A DNA stretch of 36,558 nt from a virus (IMGVR_UViG_2778261416_000006:1-36558), one strand, 5' to 3'. Shown: positions 18,233-27,053, numbered from the stretch's first letter. Translations and numbers: made by a program. The notes: generated from the sequence alone by a model not told the origin.

Positions 18233-18796
18233 ATGAGGCTAACCGTGGGTAAGCATCACTGGAAAGTAGAAAAACAGCCTGAGTGGTACCTGAAAGCTGT
18301 CAGAAAAACTATCGCGGCGTTGCCGGGGGGTTACGCTGAAGCTGCTGAGTGGCTGGATGTAACAGAGAACGCTTTATTCAACCGCCTTCGTGCAGATGGC
18401 GATCAGATTTTCCCGCTGGGATGGGCAATGATTTTACAGCGCGCGGCTGGCACTCACTACATTGCGGATGCTGTCGCACAGTCTGCTGGTGGGGTGTTTG
18501 TATCGCTTCCTGAAATTGAGGAAGTAGAGAACGCCGATATAAACCAGCGCCTGCTGGAAGTCATCGAACAGATCGGGAGTTACTCAAAGCAGATTCGTTC
18601 GGCAATCGAAGATGGGGTAGTGGAGCCACACGAGCAGACAGCAATTAATGATGAGTTGTATCTGTCAATTTCGAAGCTCCAGGAGCATGCAGCACTGGTC
18701 TACAAAATCTTTTGCGCTCCAGAAAAGAGTGACGCCCGCGAGTGTGCAGCTCCGGGCGTCGTGGCGTTTTGTGTCTGTGGAGAAACTAACGCATGA
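18233..18796 (+). CDS. CII-like phage regulatory protein (YmfL-like)
   Basis: Position right of Cro and size similar to e14 ymfL; assignment by synteny and weak recall. Start may be GTG 18245. Confidence 0.4.
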   Translation: MRLTVGKHHWKVEKQPEWYLKAVRKTIAALPGGYAEAAEWLDVTENALFNRLRADGDQIFPLGWAMILQRAAGTHYIADAVAQSAGGVFVSLPEIEEVENADINQRLLEVIEQIGSYSKQIRSAIEDGVVEPHEQTAINDELYLSISKLQEHAALVYKIFCAPEKSDARECAAPGVVAFCVCGETNA

Positions 18797-19629
18797 ACAG
18801 TTTAACGGCAAATAACCGTTTGTCGCAACAGCTGGTGGTCAGCGTCGCTGAACACCTGTTGTTACGGCATGAATGCAGATTACCAAATCACCTGGCTGTA
18901 AGTAACCACAGAGAACTTTATCTGACTGTGGGGGGCGAGTTGTGCAGGAACTTAACCGCTGGTTTCGTGACGGAAGAGGGCTTTATGTCCATGTTATTCG
19001 TTGGGAGCCAGAAACACAGCGCGTTATCTATCTTCGCAAAGACTACCCGCATGAGTGCTTTAGTCCTTTGTGGAAATTCAGGCGTGATTTTGTTGAGTGT
19101 GAAGGACCACCAGCACATTGATTCTGCCATTCCGGGACGTTACACTGTTCAGGCACCTTATAAAGCGGGTGCCGGGATTGGCGTCCTGGAATTGCATACG
19201 GCGACAATTGGCGCGTTAGCGTCTTTTTTGTTGCTACAACTCAGCTATACCCAAATTATGGTGGGCTGGGTGGGGGCACCGAAAGGTGCGCCGGTTTCCG
19301 TATGCGCCGGTTACGCCAACCCTGCTCAGTTCACCACCAGCGAAATTGGCGTTTCCGGTGGTGGAAGTTATCCATTGCATACGGAGGCTGCCATCATGGC
19401 TACTGTCCCAGCCCTCTCTCGTCTGAATGATGACGACTTACATAAACTCAGTTATGTAACAACTGCACTACGTGCTCTGCGCAAGGTAACTCTTTCGGAT
19501 CCGCAGGCGCATCAGGTTCTGGTAGAAACCCTTCTTAACTTGCAGGCTGAACGTATTCGTCTGGCGGATAAGGCTAATTTTCATATTCACCGTCTCCTGA
19601 ATATCAGCGGAGGGCATCGTCATGCTTAA
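18793..19629 (+). CDS. hypothetical phage protein
   Basis: 278-aa ORF with ATG overlapping upstream stop (ATGA) and GGAG upstream; composition is unusual (Leu/Ser/Ala/His-rich), so coding status is uncertain. Confidence 0.35.
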   Translation: MNSLTANNRLSQQLVVSVAEHLLLRHECRLPNHLAVSNHRELYLTVGGELCRNLTAGFVTEEGFMSMLFVGSQKHSALSIFAKTTRMSALVLCGNSGVILLSVKDHQHIDSAIPGRYTVQAPYKAGAGIGVLELHTATIGALASFLLLQLSYTQIMVGWVGAPKGAPVSVCAGYANPAQFTTSEIGVSGGGSYPLHTEAAIMATVPALSRLNDDDLHKLSYVTTALRALRKVTLSDPQAHQVLVETLLNLQAERIRLADKANFHIHRLLNISGGHRHA

Positions 19630-19858
19630 TCCGGTGATTCTCAATATTTGCCGTTTGATTCAGCGTAAAAAAACATCAATTCCTACAGTTGGGCAGTGGT
19701 ACACCACGCCTGCAGGGCATGTTCTACGTGTTAGCCTGGTTGACCGTGAATGTCAGAAGGTGATTTGTGAACCGCTGGGCCGTAATTACCGCGTCAGTAT
19801 GCCGCTTATAGCCTTTCGCTCCGGAAAAAACATGAAGCATCTCGGAGGTGCAGCATGA
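19622..19858 (+). CDS. small hypothetical phage protein
   Basis: ATG with GGAGGG 9 nt upstream; coupled to neighbours. Confidence 0.4.
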   Translation: MLNPVILNICRLIQRKKTSIPTVGQWYTTPAGHVLRVSLVDRECQKVICEPLGRNYRVSMPLIAFRSGKNMKHLGGAA

Positions 19859-20673
19859 GTATGGAGCTGATGGTTAAAGCGATGAAAATTCGAGTGGGTA
19901 ATCCATTGCGAAAACTGGTTCTGATCAAGCTGGCTGATAATGCCAGCGATCAGGGTGAGTGCTGGCCCAGCTACCAACATATTGCTGACCAGTGCGAGAT
20001 TAGCAAACGTTCTGTGATGAATCATATTGCGGCCCTTTGTGAGTCCGGGCTGGTAAAAAAAGTCACCCGGAAAGGTGAAAAAGGTAACTCAAGTAATATC
20101 TATCTCCTTCATCTTGATGGTGCAGGAGATTCACTAGGGGGTAGTGCAAATAATTCACTATCTGGTGCAGCAAATTCACCAGGTAGTGCAGGAGTTGCAC
20201 CAGGGGGTAGTGCAGGAGATTCACCCAGAACCAGTCACTCTTTTGAACCAGTCAAAGAACCAGTCAATGAACCAATAGCTGTTGGTGCATCTGCTGATGA
20301 GTCTGTGCGAGTTCGTTCAAACCGACCGGAATACTCTCCGGAGTTTGAGCAGGCATGGCTGGCCTATCCCAAACGTGCTGGTGGCAATTCAAAATCTGCA
20401 GCCTTCAAAGCCTGGAAAGCCCGTTTGAATGAGGGGGTAAACCCCGAAACCATGCTGGAAGGTGTGAAACGCTACGCGGGCTGGGTATCTGCGATGGGTA
20501 ACAGCGGCACACAATTTGTGAAACAGGCTGTCACGTTCTTTGGTCCGGATCGTCATTTCGAAGAATCCTGGGAAGTTCCAGCAGTATCTGCAGCCAGACG
20601 CGAGGACCCGTACTTCAAAGCCAGTTACGACAACGTGGACTACAGCCAGATCCCGGCAGGATTCAGGGGGTGA
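19855..20673 (+). CDS. replication initiator / replisome organiser (O-like, winged-HTH N-terminus)
   Basis: N-terminal LVLIKLADNASDQGECWPSYQHIADQCEISKRSVMNHIAALCESGLV resembles the HTH of phage replication proteins; contains internal iterons. GGAGG 6 nt upstream of ATG. Confidence 0.6.
   Translation: MSMELMVKAMKIRVGNPLRKLVLIKLADNASDQGECWPSYQHIADQCEISKRSVMNHIAALCESGLVKKVTRKGEKGNSSNIYLLHLDGAGDSLGGSANNSLSGAANSPGSAGVAPGGSAGDSPRTSHSFEPVKEPVNEPIAVGASADESVRVRSNRPEYSPEFEQAWLAYPKRAGGNSKSAAFKAWKARLNEGVNPETMLEGVKRYAGWVSAMGNSGTQFVKQAVTFFGPDRHFEESWEVPAVSAARREDPYFKASYDNVDYSQIPAGFRG
20116..20226. repeat. five tandem 21-24 bp iterons, putative origin of replication
   Basis: Direct repeats with consensus near GGTAGTGCAGGAGATTCACYA, encoding a GGSA/GSAG-rich linker inside the replication gene, as in lambda O. 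Confidence 0.55.
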
Positions 20674-20688
20674 TTATGAGTCTTTTGA

Positions 20689-21063
20689 ATGAAGTTCAGA
20701 AATTCATTGAAGCCCATGCGTTACATCATGAAGCATGCCAGTGCCATGCGTGATAAAGGCGGGCGCTATGTTTTCCTGATCAAAGCTGCCACCAGCGAAG
20801 TGTGGTGGCCGGAAGATGCAGATCATATTGCTTTTATTCGCGGGCGTATTGGTTTTGAACTGCCTGCCTGGTTTATCCCGAAGGATGAGAAGCAGGTGCC
20901 GACAGGCGCTTTCTTCGCTGGTGCTATTGCTGTTTTCGACAAGACCTGGAAGGGACCGGCAATCAGCTACATCGGGCGCGATGAACTTGAGGCATGTGGT
21001 GAGGCGTTTCTGGCGCAGGTTCGCCAGCAGGCGGAAAAACTGGTCAGGGAGATGGCGGCATGA
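20689..21063 (+). CDS. hypothetical phage protein
   Basis: ATG-initiated ORF in the early-right operon; no motif recognised. Confidence 0.4.
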   Translation: MKFRNSLKPMRYIMKHASAMRDKGGRYVFLIKAATSEVWWPEDADHIAFIRGRIGFELPAWFIPKDEKQVPTGAFFAGAIAVFDKTWKGPAISYIGRDELEACGEAFLAQVRQQAEKLVREMAA

Positions 21064-21386
21064 CGACATTAACTCAATGCCAGCAGCAGGTGCTGGATAT
21101 GCTGATTTCTTATCAGAAAGAACGTGGCTTCCCGCCAACTAATCAGGAGGTGGCAACCATGCTGGGATACCGTTCGGTGAATGCAGCGGTGGAGCATCTT
21201 CGCGCACTGGAGAAAAAAGGCGTCATCACGATAAAGCGTGGCGTGGCCCGGGGGATAACGCTTCATACCGCGGTGAAGGACGACGACAGCGAGGCTGTCG
21301 GGATTATCCGCTCACTGCTTGCCGATGAGGAAAACGCAAGGCTGCGTGCAACCCACTGGTTACATGAGAGAGGCCTGAAAGCATGA
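21060..21386 (+). CDS. LexA DNA-binding-domain-like protein lacking the peptidase domain
   Basis: LTQCQQQVLDMLISYQKERGFPPTNQEVATMLGYRSVNAAVEHLRALEKKGVITIKRGVARGI parallels the LexA N-terminal winged HTH; protein ends at 108 aa with no S24 domain. Confidence 0.6.
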   Translation: MTTLTQCQQQVLDMLISYQKERGFPPTNQEVATMLGYRSVNAAVEHLRALEKKGVITIKRGVARGITLHTAVKDDDSEAVGIIRSLLADEENARLRATHWLHERGLKA

Positions 21387-21772
21387 AGCTGATCCTGCCT
21401 TTTCCGCCCAGCGTGAACACGTACTGGCGACACCCCAACAAAGGGGCGTTTGCTGGTAAGAGCCTGATAAGCGCGGCGGGGCGAAAATTCCAGAGCGCGG
21501 CGTGTGCAGCAATAGTTGAGCAGTTACGTCGTCTGCCAAAACCAACGTCGGCACCTGCTTCAGTGGAGATCGTGTTGTTTCCTCCGGATAACCGGATCCG
21601 CGATCTGGACAACTATAACAAGGCGCTGTTTGACGCCCTGACCCACGCGGGTGTGTGGGAAGACGACAGTCAGGTGAAAAGAATGCTGGTGGAGTGGGGA
21701 CCGGTTATCCCGGAAGGGAAGGTCGAGATCACTATCAGTAAGTACGAGAAAACGGCGGGTGCAGCCGCCTGA
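21383..21772 (+). CDS. rusA: RusA-type Holliday junction resolvase
   Basis: LPFPPSVNTYWRH and RIRDLDNYNKALFDALTHAGVWEDDSQV match RusA; 129 aa. Confidence 0.8.
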   Translation: MKLILPFPPSVNTYWRHPNKGAFAGKSLISAAGRKFQSAACAAIVEQLRRLPKPTSAPASVEIVLFPPDNRIRDLDNYNKALFDALTHAGVWEDDSQVKRMLVEWGPVIPEGKVEITISKYEKTAGAAA

Positions 21773-21791
21773 TTAAGAGGAGAAACGAAGT

Positions 21792-22634
21792 ATGAATAAT
21801 CTGATGGTCATTGATGGTATTGAAGTTCGTCGTGATGCTTATGGACGTTACAGCCTGAACGATCTGCATCGCGCAGCAGTAGCATCTGGTGCAAATGCCA
21901 GAACCAAGGAGCCGGGAAAGTTTCTTTCCAGCCAACAGATTACTGAGCTGGTTCAGGAATTGATCGATACCCAAAATCTGGGTATCGGTTCATTCAATGA
22001 AACTACCCAAAATTTGGGTAGTAAACCTGTCAGTAAAATAGAAGGGCGGAATGGCGGAACATATGTCTGTAAGGAACTGGTGTATGCCTATGCAATGTGG
22101 ATCAGCCCGTCATTCCATCTGAAGGTGATCCGCACTTTCGACATGGTAACCAGCGCACCGGAAAAATTATCCGGGCAGGCTGCTGACAAGATGCAGGCTG
22201 GCGTGATTCTGCTGGACTTTATGCGCCGGGAGTTAAATCTGTCTAACTCATCAGTGCTTGGTGCCTGTCAGAAACTTCAGGAGGCTGTTGGCTTACCGAA
22301 TCTGGCACCGCGCTATGCCATTGATGCTCCTGCTGATGCACACGATGGCTCAAGTCGCCCGACACTGTCACTGAGTGCACTGCTGAAACAGTATGGTATA
22401 CGCCTGACGGCTAATCAGGCATATCACCAGATGGTGAAACTGGGGATCGTCGAGCAGCGCGAACGATACAGTCGTACCGCGATTAACAACATCAAAAAAT
22501 TCTGGTCGCTGACAGCGAAAGGTTGCATGTTCGGCAAGAACATCACCAGTCCCGCAAATCCGCGCGAGACGCAGCCGCATTTCTTCGAATCCCGATTCCC
22601 TGAGCTGTTAAAGCTGCTCGATACCGTTCATTGA
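21792..22634 (+). CDS. KilA-N domain protein (possible antirepressor)
   Basis: N-terminal MVIDGIEVRRDAYGRYSLNDLHRAA is KilA-N-like; AGGAG upstream. Confidence 0.5.
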   Translation: MNNLMVIDGIEVRRDAYGRYSLNDLHRAAVASGANARTKEPGKFLSSQQITELVQELIDTQNLGIGSFNETTQNLGSKPVSKIEGRNGGTYVCKELVYAYAMWISPSFHLKVIRTFDMVTSAPEKLSGQAADKMQAGVILLDFMRRELNLSNSSVLGACQKLQEAVGLPNLAPRYAIDAPADAHDGSSRPTLSLSALLKQYGIRLTANQAYHQMVKLGIVEQRERYSRTAINNIKKFWSLTAKGCMFGKNITSPANPRETQPHFFESRFPELLKLLDTVH

Positions 22635-22641
22635 GGTGACC

Positions 22642-23631
22642 GTGAGAGCACTACTGACCCCTGAAATAGCCCCGCGTATGGGGATCGTATTGTTCAGGCC
22701 AGGTTCAGAGCTGATGCCCCTGTTTATGCAGGGGCGTGTCCTGCTGGAGCCTGAGCCGGAGCGTTATTCATCTTTCGCCAGTGGTGCCGTTCCGGCGGCA
22801 TCACAACCGCTGGCGGATGATCCTGCCGTTCGGGCCGTGTTCCGCAATGAGGCAGTGATCCGTCGTGCTGGTGGCGTGGAATGTCTTGAAAGCTGGTTAC
22901 TTCGTGAAAAAGGCTGCCAGTGGCCTCATTCCGACTGGCACAGCGAGAACATGACCACAATGCGACACGCTCCGGGTGCAATCCGTCTGTGCTGGCACTG
23001 CGATAACCAGCTGCGCGATCAGTTCACGGAACGGCTGGAATCAATGGCAACGGATAACTGTGCCCGCTGGGTGTTGTCTGTTGTGCGTCGGGATCTCGGT
23101 TTTGATGACAGTCACGTTGTGACAATGCCGGAACTGTGCTGGTGGCTGATTCGTAATGACCTGGCGGATGCCTTACCGGAAAGTGCAGCCCGTAAGGCAC
23201 TGAGATTACCGAAGCCTGTTGTGCCGTCTGCTACCCGGGAAAGTGACCTTGTGCCTTCGGTTCCTGCCACCAGCATCATCCAGGATAAGGCGAAAAAGGT
23301 GCTGGCGCTGAAAGTGGATCCGGAGTCGCCGGAGTCTTTTATGTTACGCCCAAAACGTCGCCGCTGGGTTAATGAAAAGTACACGCGCTGGGTTAAGACA
23401 CAGCCGTGTGCATGTTGTGGAAAGCCCTCTGATGATCCCCACCACCTGATAGGTCACGGTCAGGGTGGAATGGGAACAAAAGCGCATGACCTTTTTGTGT
23501 TGCCTTTGTGCAGAAAGCATCACGACGAGCTGCATGCGGATACCGTGGCATTTGAAGAGAAGTATGGCTCTCAGCTGGAGCTGATATTTCGTTTTATCGA
23601 TCGTGCGCTGGCAACTGGCGTACTGGGCTGA
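22642..23631 (+). CDS. DUF968/HNH-like phage protein (YdfU-like)
   Basis: C-terminal CACCGKPSDDPHHLIGHG ... LPLCRKHHDELHAD is Cys/His-rich and HNH-like. Start is uncertain: GTG 22642 with GAGG upstream, or track GTG 22636. Confidence 0.5.
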   Translation: MRALLTPEIAPRMGIVLFRPGSELMPLFMQGRVLLEPEPERYSSFASGAVPAASQPLADDPAVRAVFRNEAVIRRAGGVECLESWLLREKGCQWPHSDWHSENMTTMRHAPGAIRLCWHCDNQLRDQFTERLESMATDNCARWVLSVVRRDLGFDDSHVVTMPELCWWLIRNDLADALPESAARKALRLPKPVVPSATRESDLVPSVPATSIIQDKAKKVLALKVDPESPESFMLRPKRRRWVNEKYTRWVKTQPCACCGKPSDDPHHLIGHGQGGMGTKAHDLFVLPLCRKHHDELHADTVAFEEKYGSQLELIFRFIDRALATGVLG

Positions 23632-23648
23632 TGTTGTGGAGAAAGTTG

Positions 23649-23990
23649 ATGCGTGACATGTATGAAGTTTTGGACCGCTGGGGAGCATGGGCTGCAGCAG
23701 ATAACAGTAGTGTGGACTGGCAGCCGATAGCAGCAGGCTTCAAGGGGCTTTTACCTCATGGTAAAAAAACACGTCTCCAGTGTGATGATGATGAAGGGAT
23801 CATGATAGACGGTTGTGTCGCACGGTTACGTAAATATAAACAAGAAGAATATGAGCTAATAATTGCCCACTTTGTTATTGGTATTTCATTACGCGCCATT
23901 GCGAAGAAGCGTAAGTGTTCTGATGGGACAATTAGAAAAGATATGCAAACAGCATTAGGTTTTGTTAGTGGTGTGCTATCAATGCTATGA
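23649..23990 (+). CDS. late-gene antiterminator Q (QuuD-like)
   Basis: MRDMYEVLDRWGAWAA ... WQPIAAGFKGLL ... QCDDDEGIMIDGCVARL resembles DLP12 QuuD as recalled. Start at ATG 23649 with GGAG upstream. Confidence 0.75.
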   Translation: MRDMYEVLDRWGAWAAADNSSVDWQPIAAGFKGLLPHGKKTRLQCDDDEGIMIDGCVARLRKYKQEEYELIIAHFVIGISLRAIAKKRKCSDGTIRKDMQTALGFVSGVLSML

Positions 23991-23994
23991 TTAT

Positions 23995-24014
23995 AAGAGG
24001 CCTTAGGGCCTCTT
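23995..24014. terminator. hairpin between convergent Q and cargo genes
   Basis: 8-bp stem aagaggcc / ggcctctt with 4-nt loop; no clean T-tract. Confidence 0.4.
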
Positions 24015-24016
24015 TA

Positions 24017-24760
24017 CTAAATTACTTGGATGATGAAAGAAACAATCAATGTTGCTAAACCACCAATAGCAGATACTTTAAATTCCGAACCACGAAATAC
24101 CATCTTCCCATTGACCTTTATATTATTTGCAATGAATGGTGATATTCCAACGGCCGCACTCATGAAATATAAAGAAGAAATCATTTTCTTTTGAAACTCA
24201 TTCAAGTCTGGCATTAACAGTGTAATTGATAAAAAAATACAAAAACTTAAAAATCCAATAATAGCAGTGACAATTAATTTCCAATTCATTGGGGTACCTA
24301 TAGTAAATCCATCGATTGGCAATTTTCGAGACTCAAATTCCGCAATAATAGCGGTGTAAATATCTTTTGATGAGTACTTTTTAATGATTCTTTGGATGTT
24401 TGATAGACCATCTTTGCTATACAATACAATATTGTCTGGATCAATTTTTAGGTGTTTAATGTTTGCCACCATCATGTCGTAGTATTCTAAATAAGTTTCC
24501 AGAACTGCTCGACAGTCTCCAGCTAACGAAATGGCGAATGTCTTATTGTCATCCAGTTTACATAAATCTACTTTTTGAACTAACTTAACAGCGGTATTAA
24601 AATATTTTGAAGCATGCTGCTGAACTTCATGTAGGTCAGCAAGGTTTGATATACCGCCATTACGCACGTATGGCTGAATACCACGTAAAAATCTTTCCTT
24701 TGCAGAAGTCAGCTCCGACGTTACTTCGTCGGGGCTGATCTGAAACACATCATTATTCAT
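24017..24760 (-). CDS. membrane protein with two C-terminal transmembrane segments (cargo gene)
   Basis: Hydrophobic stretches WKLIVTAIIGFLSFCIFLSITLLMP and VSAIGGLATLIVSFIIQVI; AT-rich; opposite strand to phage late genes; start overlaps upstream gene stop. Confidence 0.5.
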   Translation of the reverse strand: MNNDVFQISPDEVTSELTSAKERFLRGIQPYVRNGGISNLADLHEVQQHASKYFNTAVKLVQKVDLCKLDDNKTFAISLAGDCRAVLETYLEYYDMMVANIKHLKIDPDNIVLYSKDGLSNIQRIIKKYSSKDIYTAIIAEFESRKLPIDGFTIGTPMNWKLIVTAIIGFLSFCIFLSITLLMPDLNEFQKKMISSLYFMSAAVGISPFIANNIKVNGKMVFRGSEFKVSAIGGLATLIVSFIIQVI

Positions 24761-25020
24761 TTTTGTTTTGGTGCCAGCATTCTTAATGCAGTGTTAAGAT
24801 CAGAGTTGTCCACACTTTCAGTGATTAAGAATTGGGTATTGGGAACATGACGGCTGATAATGCCTTGGAGCATGCTACGACTTATAACTTTACCACTTTG
24901 AAGCGCGGAGTTAATGTCATTTTGTATCAAAGTGATTTCACGCTCGGTACAGGGGAAACCCCACCGAGTAACATTTGCATATTCACCAATTTTTTTCTTA
25001 AATTCTAGGTAGTTACTCAT
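24757..25020 (-). CDS. small soluble protein (87 aa), first gene of the cargo cassette
   Basis: ATG-initiated, AT-rich, coupled to the membrane-protein gene. Confidence 0.45.
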   Translation of the reverse strand: MSNYLEFKKKIGEYANVTRWGFPCTEREITLIQNDINSALQSGKVISRSMLQGIISRHVPNTQFLITESVDNSDLNTALRMLAPKQK

Positions 25021-25138
25021 TGCAGTTCTCCTTGTTTGTAACCACGTTAATCATATCAAAAAGCAAAATAATAAAAAACTAACGCGTACGCAAAAAGTAT
25101 TGTATCGTGTTAAGAGTGGTTACTTCGCCACGCAGCTT
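25021..25138. promoter_or_regulatory. putative late promoter (pR'-like) region, also the divergent promoter region of the cargo cassette
   Basis: Inference from position between Q and the lysis genes; TTGTAA/TTGTAT -35-like hexamers present but no promoter could be defined precisely. Confidence 0.3.
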
Positions 25139-25162
25139 AAACCCGTCGATGAGCGGGTTTTG
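25139..25162 (+). terminator. tR'-like hairpin terminator
   Basis: aaacccg tcgatgag cgggttt followed by tg and T-rich sequence, upstream of the holin gene. Confidence 0.4.
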
Positions 25163-25311
25163 TCGTCTCTGGCCCGGCTGTTAGTTGGGCTTGGCCTATC
25201 CCGCAGTTATCCATTTGCTCGGCTTCTTTGACGTTTCCGCTTCTGATTTGCGGTTCCTGATATTCCCTCAATTTGCACCTGCTGTATCAGCAAGGTGAGA
25301 GATAACTATAA

Positions 25312-25638
25312 ATGCCTCATAACCCAAATACCTGGCTGGAGTTGCTCCAGAGCTGGTGGCGTGGAGACACACCGCTGGGCGCAGTGATTATGTCGATCGT
25401 TATGGCTGGTTTGCGCATCGCCTATTTTGGCGGTGGTGGTGGCTGGAAGCGAAAAACGCTCGAGATTTTGCTATGTGGCGCTCTGACGCTGACCTTTGCA
25501 TCCGCTCTTGAGTATGTCGGATGGCCTAAATCGCTTTCTGTTGCCATTGGTGGTGGCGTGGGGCTGATCGGTGTCGATGCTATTCGTGGGGCTGCAATGC
25601 GAGTAATCGGTAACAAATTTGGTAGCTCGAAGGAGTAA
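25312..25638 (+). CDS. holin (lambda S-like)
   Basis: 108 aa with hydrophobic segments and Gly-rich stretch, directly upstream of the endolysin; resembles lambda S. Confidence 0.65.
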   Translation: MPHNPNTWLELLQSWWRGDTPLGAVIMSIVMAGLRIAYFGGGGGWKRKTLEILLCGALTLTFASALEYVGWPKSLSVAIGGGVGLIGVDAIRGAAMRVIGNKFGSSKE

Positions 25639-25641
25639 TTT

Positions 25642-26118
25642 ATGCAGGCACTAAATTCCCAGCGTAAAGCTTTCCTGGATATGGTGGCATGGTCAGAAGG
25701 AACGGATAACGGGCGACAGCCGACACGTAACCACGGTTATGATGTTATTGTTGGTGGCGAACTGTTCACTGATTACTCCGATCACCCTCGCAAACTTGTC
25801 ACGCTAAACCCCAAACTCAAATCAACAGCTGCCGGACGTTACCAGCTTCTTTCACGCTGGTGGGATGCTTACCGTAAACAGCTTGGCCTGAAAGATTTTT
25901 CTCCAGAAAGCCAGGACGCTGTAGCTCTGCAGCAGATTAAAGAGCGTGGTGCTTTACCGATGATTGACCGCGGCAGTATTCGTCAGGCAATCGACCGTTG
26001 CAGCAATATCTGGGCGTCGTTACCTGGTGCAGGTTACGGTCAGTATGAACATAAAATCGGTGACCTGATTGCCCGATTTAAAAAAGCTGGTGGGGTAGTA
26101 AATGAAGCTGAGATATAA
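25642..26118 (+). CDS. R: endolysin, lambda R-type lytic transglycosylase
   Basis: Near-identity over long stretches with lambda R as recalled (NSQRKAFLDM..AWSEGTDNGRQ.TRNHGYDVIVGGELFTDYSDHPRKLVTLNPKLKST.AGRYQLLSRWWDAYRKQLGLKDFSP); AGGAG 6 nt upstream. Confidence 0.9.
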   Translation: MQALNSQRKAFLDMVAWSEGTDNGRQPTRNHGYDVIVGGELFTDYSDHPRKLVTLNPKLKSTAAGRYQLLSRWWDAYRKQLGLKDFSPESQDAVALQQIKERGALPMIDRGSIRQAIDRCSNIWASLPGAGYGQYEHKIGDLIARFKKAGGVVNEAEI

Positions 26119-26620
26119 GCTGGTTATTGTTGCCTTCGTTGTTAGCGTCATTGGTTCCTTCATCTGGTCTGCTGGGCATTACTACAGCAAATATCAGCAC
26201 GAAAAGGAGCGTGCTGATGAGGCTGTACGAAATGCTGAATCAGCAACTGCCATTACCCGTAACGTTCTGCAATCACTGCAAATCATCAATACAGTTATAG
26301 AGGCTAACCAGCATGCAAAACAGCAGATCGCACTGGAGTCACAGAGAACCCAGGAAGATATCAAAGTGGCTGTTGCGGATGATGATTGTGCTTCACGTCA
26401 TGTGCCTGCTGCCGCTGCTGACCGGTTGCGGAAGTACGCGAACAGTTTACGTACCGATTCCGGCGGTAATCAAGTAGGGTTATTGAGTGGTAAAGTTTGT
26501 GCTGAATGTAGGAGAGAATATGAAGAAAATGTTTATATTGTTGTTGGCTGCAGGACTGCCATTAAACTCCTTTGCGAAGCCAGTAACGGAAAAGCAGCTT
26601 GCTACATACTTTATAGATAA
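26102..26620 (+). CDS. Rz-like i-spanin with foreign C-terminus, probably disrupted
   Basis: N-terminal transmembrane segment and Rz-like body up to about codon 122; from about 26468 the frame runs into AT-rich DNA encoding unrelated Cys-rich sequence. Confidence 0.45.
   Translation: MKLRYKLVIVAFVVSVIGSFIWSAGHYYSKYQHEKERADEAVRNAESATAITRNVLQSLQIINTVIEANQHAKQQIALESQRTQEDIKVAVADDDCASRHVPAAAADRLRKYANSLRTDSGGNQVGLLSGKVCAECRREYEENVYIVVGCRTAIKLLCEASNGKAACYILYR
26382..26477 (+). pseudogene. Rz1-like o-spanin remnant (lipoprotein signal then premature stop)
   Basis: Embedded +1-frame ORF MIVLHVMCLLPLLTGCGSTRTVYVPIPAVIK with lipobox LTGC but only 16 residues after the Cys, ending at the AT-rich junction. 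Confidence 0.4.
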
Positions 26621-27008
26621 CGTTAAAACTTCAGCAGATAAGAATATAGATCTAGATGTAGGGGGAATAAATAGACTGTCTGTAATATGCCCAGCAAAGT
26701 CGGCAAGTGGAACTCTTTTAATAAAAAAAGCATCCTACGAGTTTAATAAAGGCATTGGTGTTTTTGATTTTGAAAATAACTCACAATCTGCACCATTGGC
26801 TTTTATTGTACCAATTAGTGAGGATGAAAATAACTTTGACTCGGAAATTATTGGTTTCTCTTTTGCATTTAAAATGCCAAGAGGGCAATTCTTTGTTGAT
26901 GTTACGAAATCAGGGAAGGTAAAGGCTGGCGTAAATATTAGTGGTGAAAGCGGAATTACTTATTCATCATGTAGAATAGATACTCATAATGTTGATTATG
27001 ATCTTTAA
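26520..27008 (+). CDS. secreted protein with Sec signal peptide (cargo gene)
   Basis: MKKMFILLLAAGLPLNSFA signal-like N-terminus; AGGAGAG upstream of ATG 26520; AT-rich; own terminator downstream. Confidence 0.55.
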   Translation: MKKMFILLLAAGLPLNSFAKPVTEKQLATYFIDNVKTSADKNIDLDVGGINRLSVICPAKSASGTLLIKKASYEFNKGIGVFDFENNSQSAPLAFIVPISEDENNFDSEIIGFSFAFKMPRGQFFVDVTKSGKVKAGVNISGESGITYSSCRIDTHNVDYDL

Positions 27009-27023
27009 TTTTATTACCTAATA

Positions 27024-27053
27024 AAAAACCGCGTTTACACGCGGTTTTTATTT
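27024..27053 (+). terminator. rho-independent terminator
   Basis: aaaaccgcg tttaca cgcggtttt followed by tatttg. Confidence 0.6.

Noticed and set aside
20116-20226. Tandem repeats as a possible CRISPR array
   Set aside because: Repeats are contiguous without spacers, lie inside a coding sequence, and no cas genes are present; interpreted as iterons.
20704-21612. Minus-strand ORFs of 144, 65, 102 and 64 aa
   Set aside because: Antisense to coupled + strand phage genes in GC-rich DNA; typical spurious ORFs.
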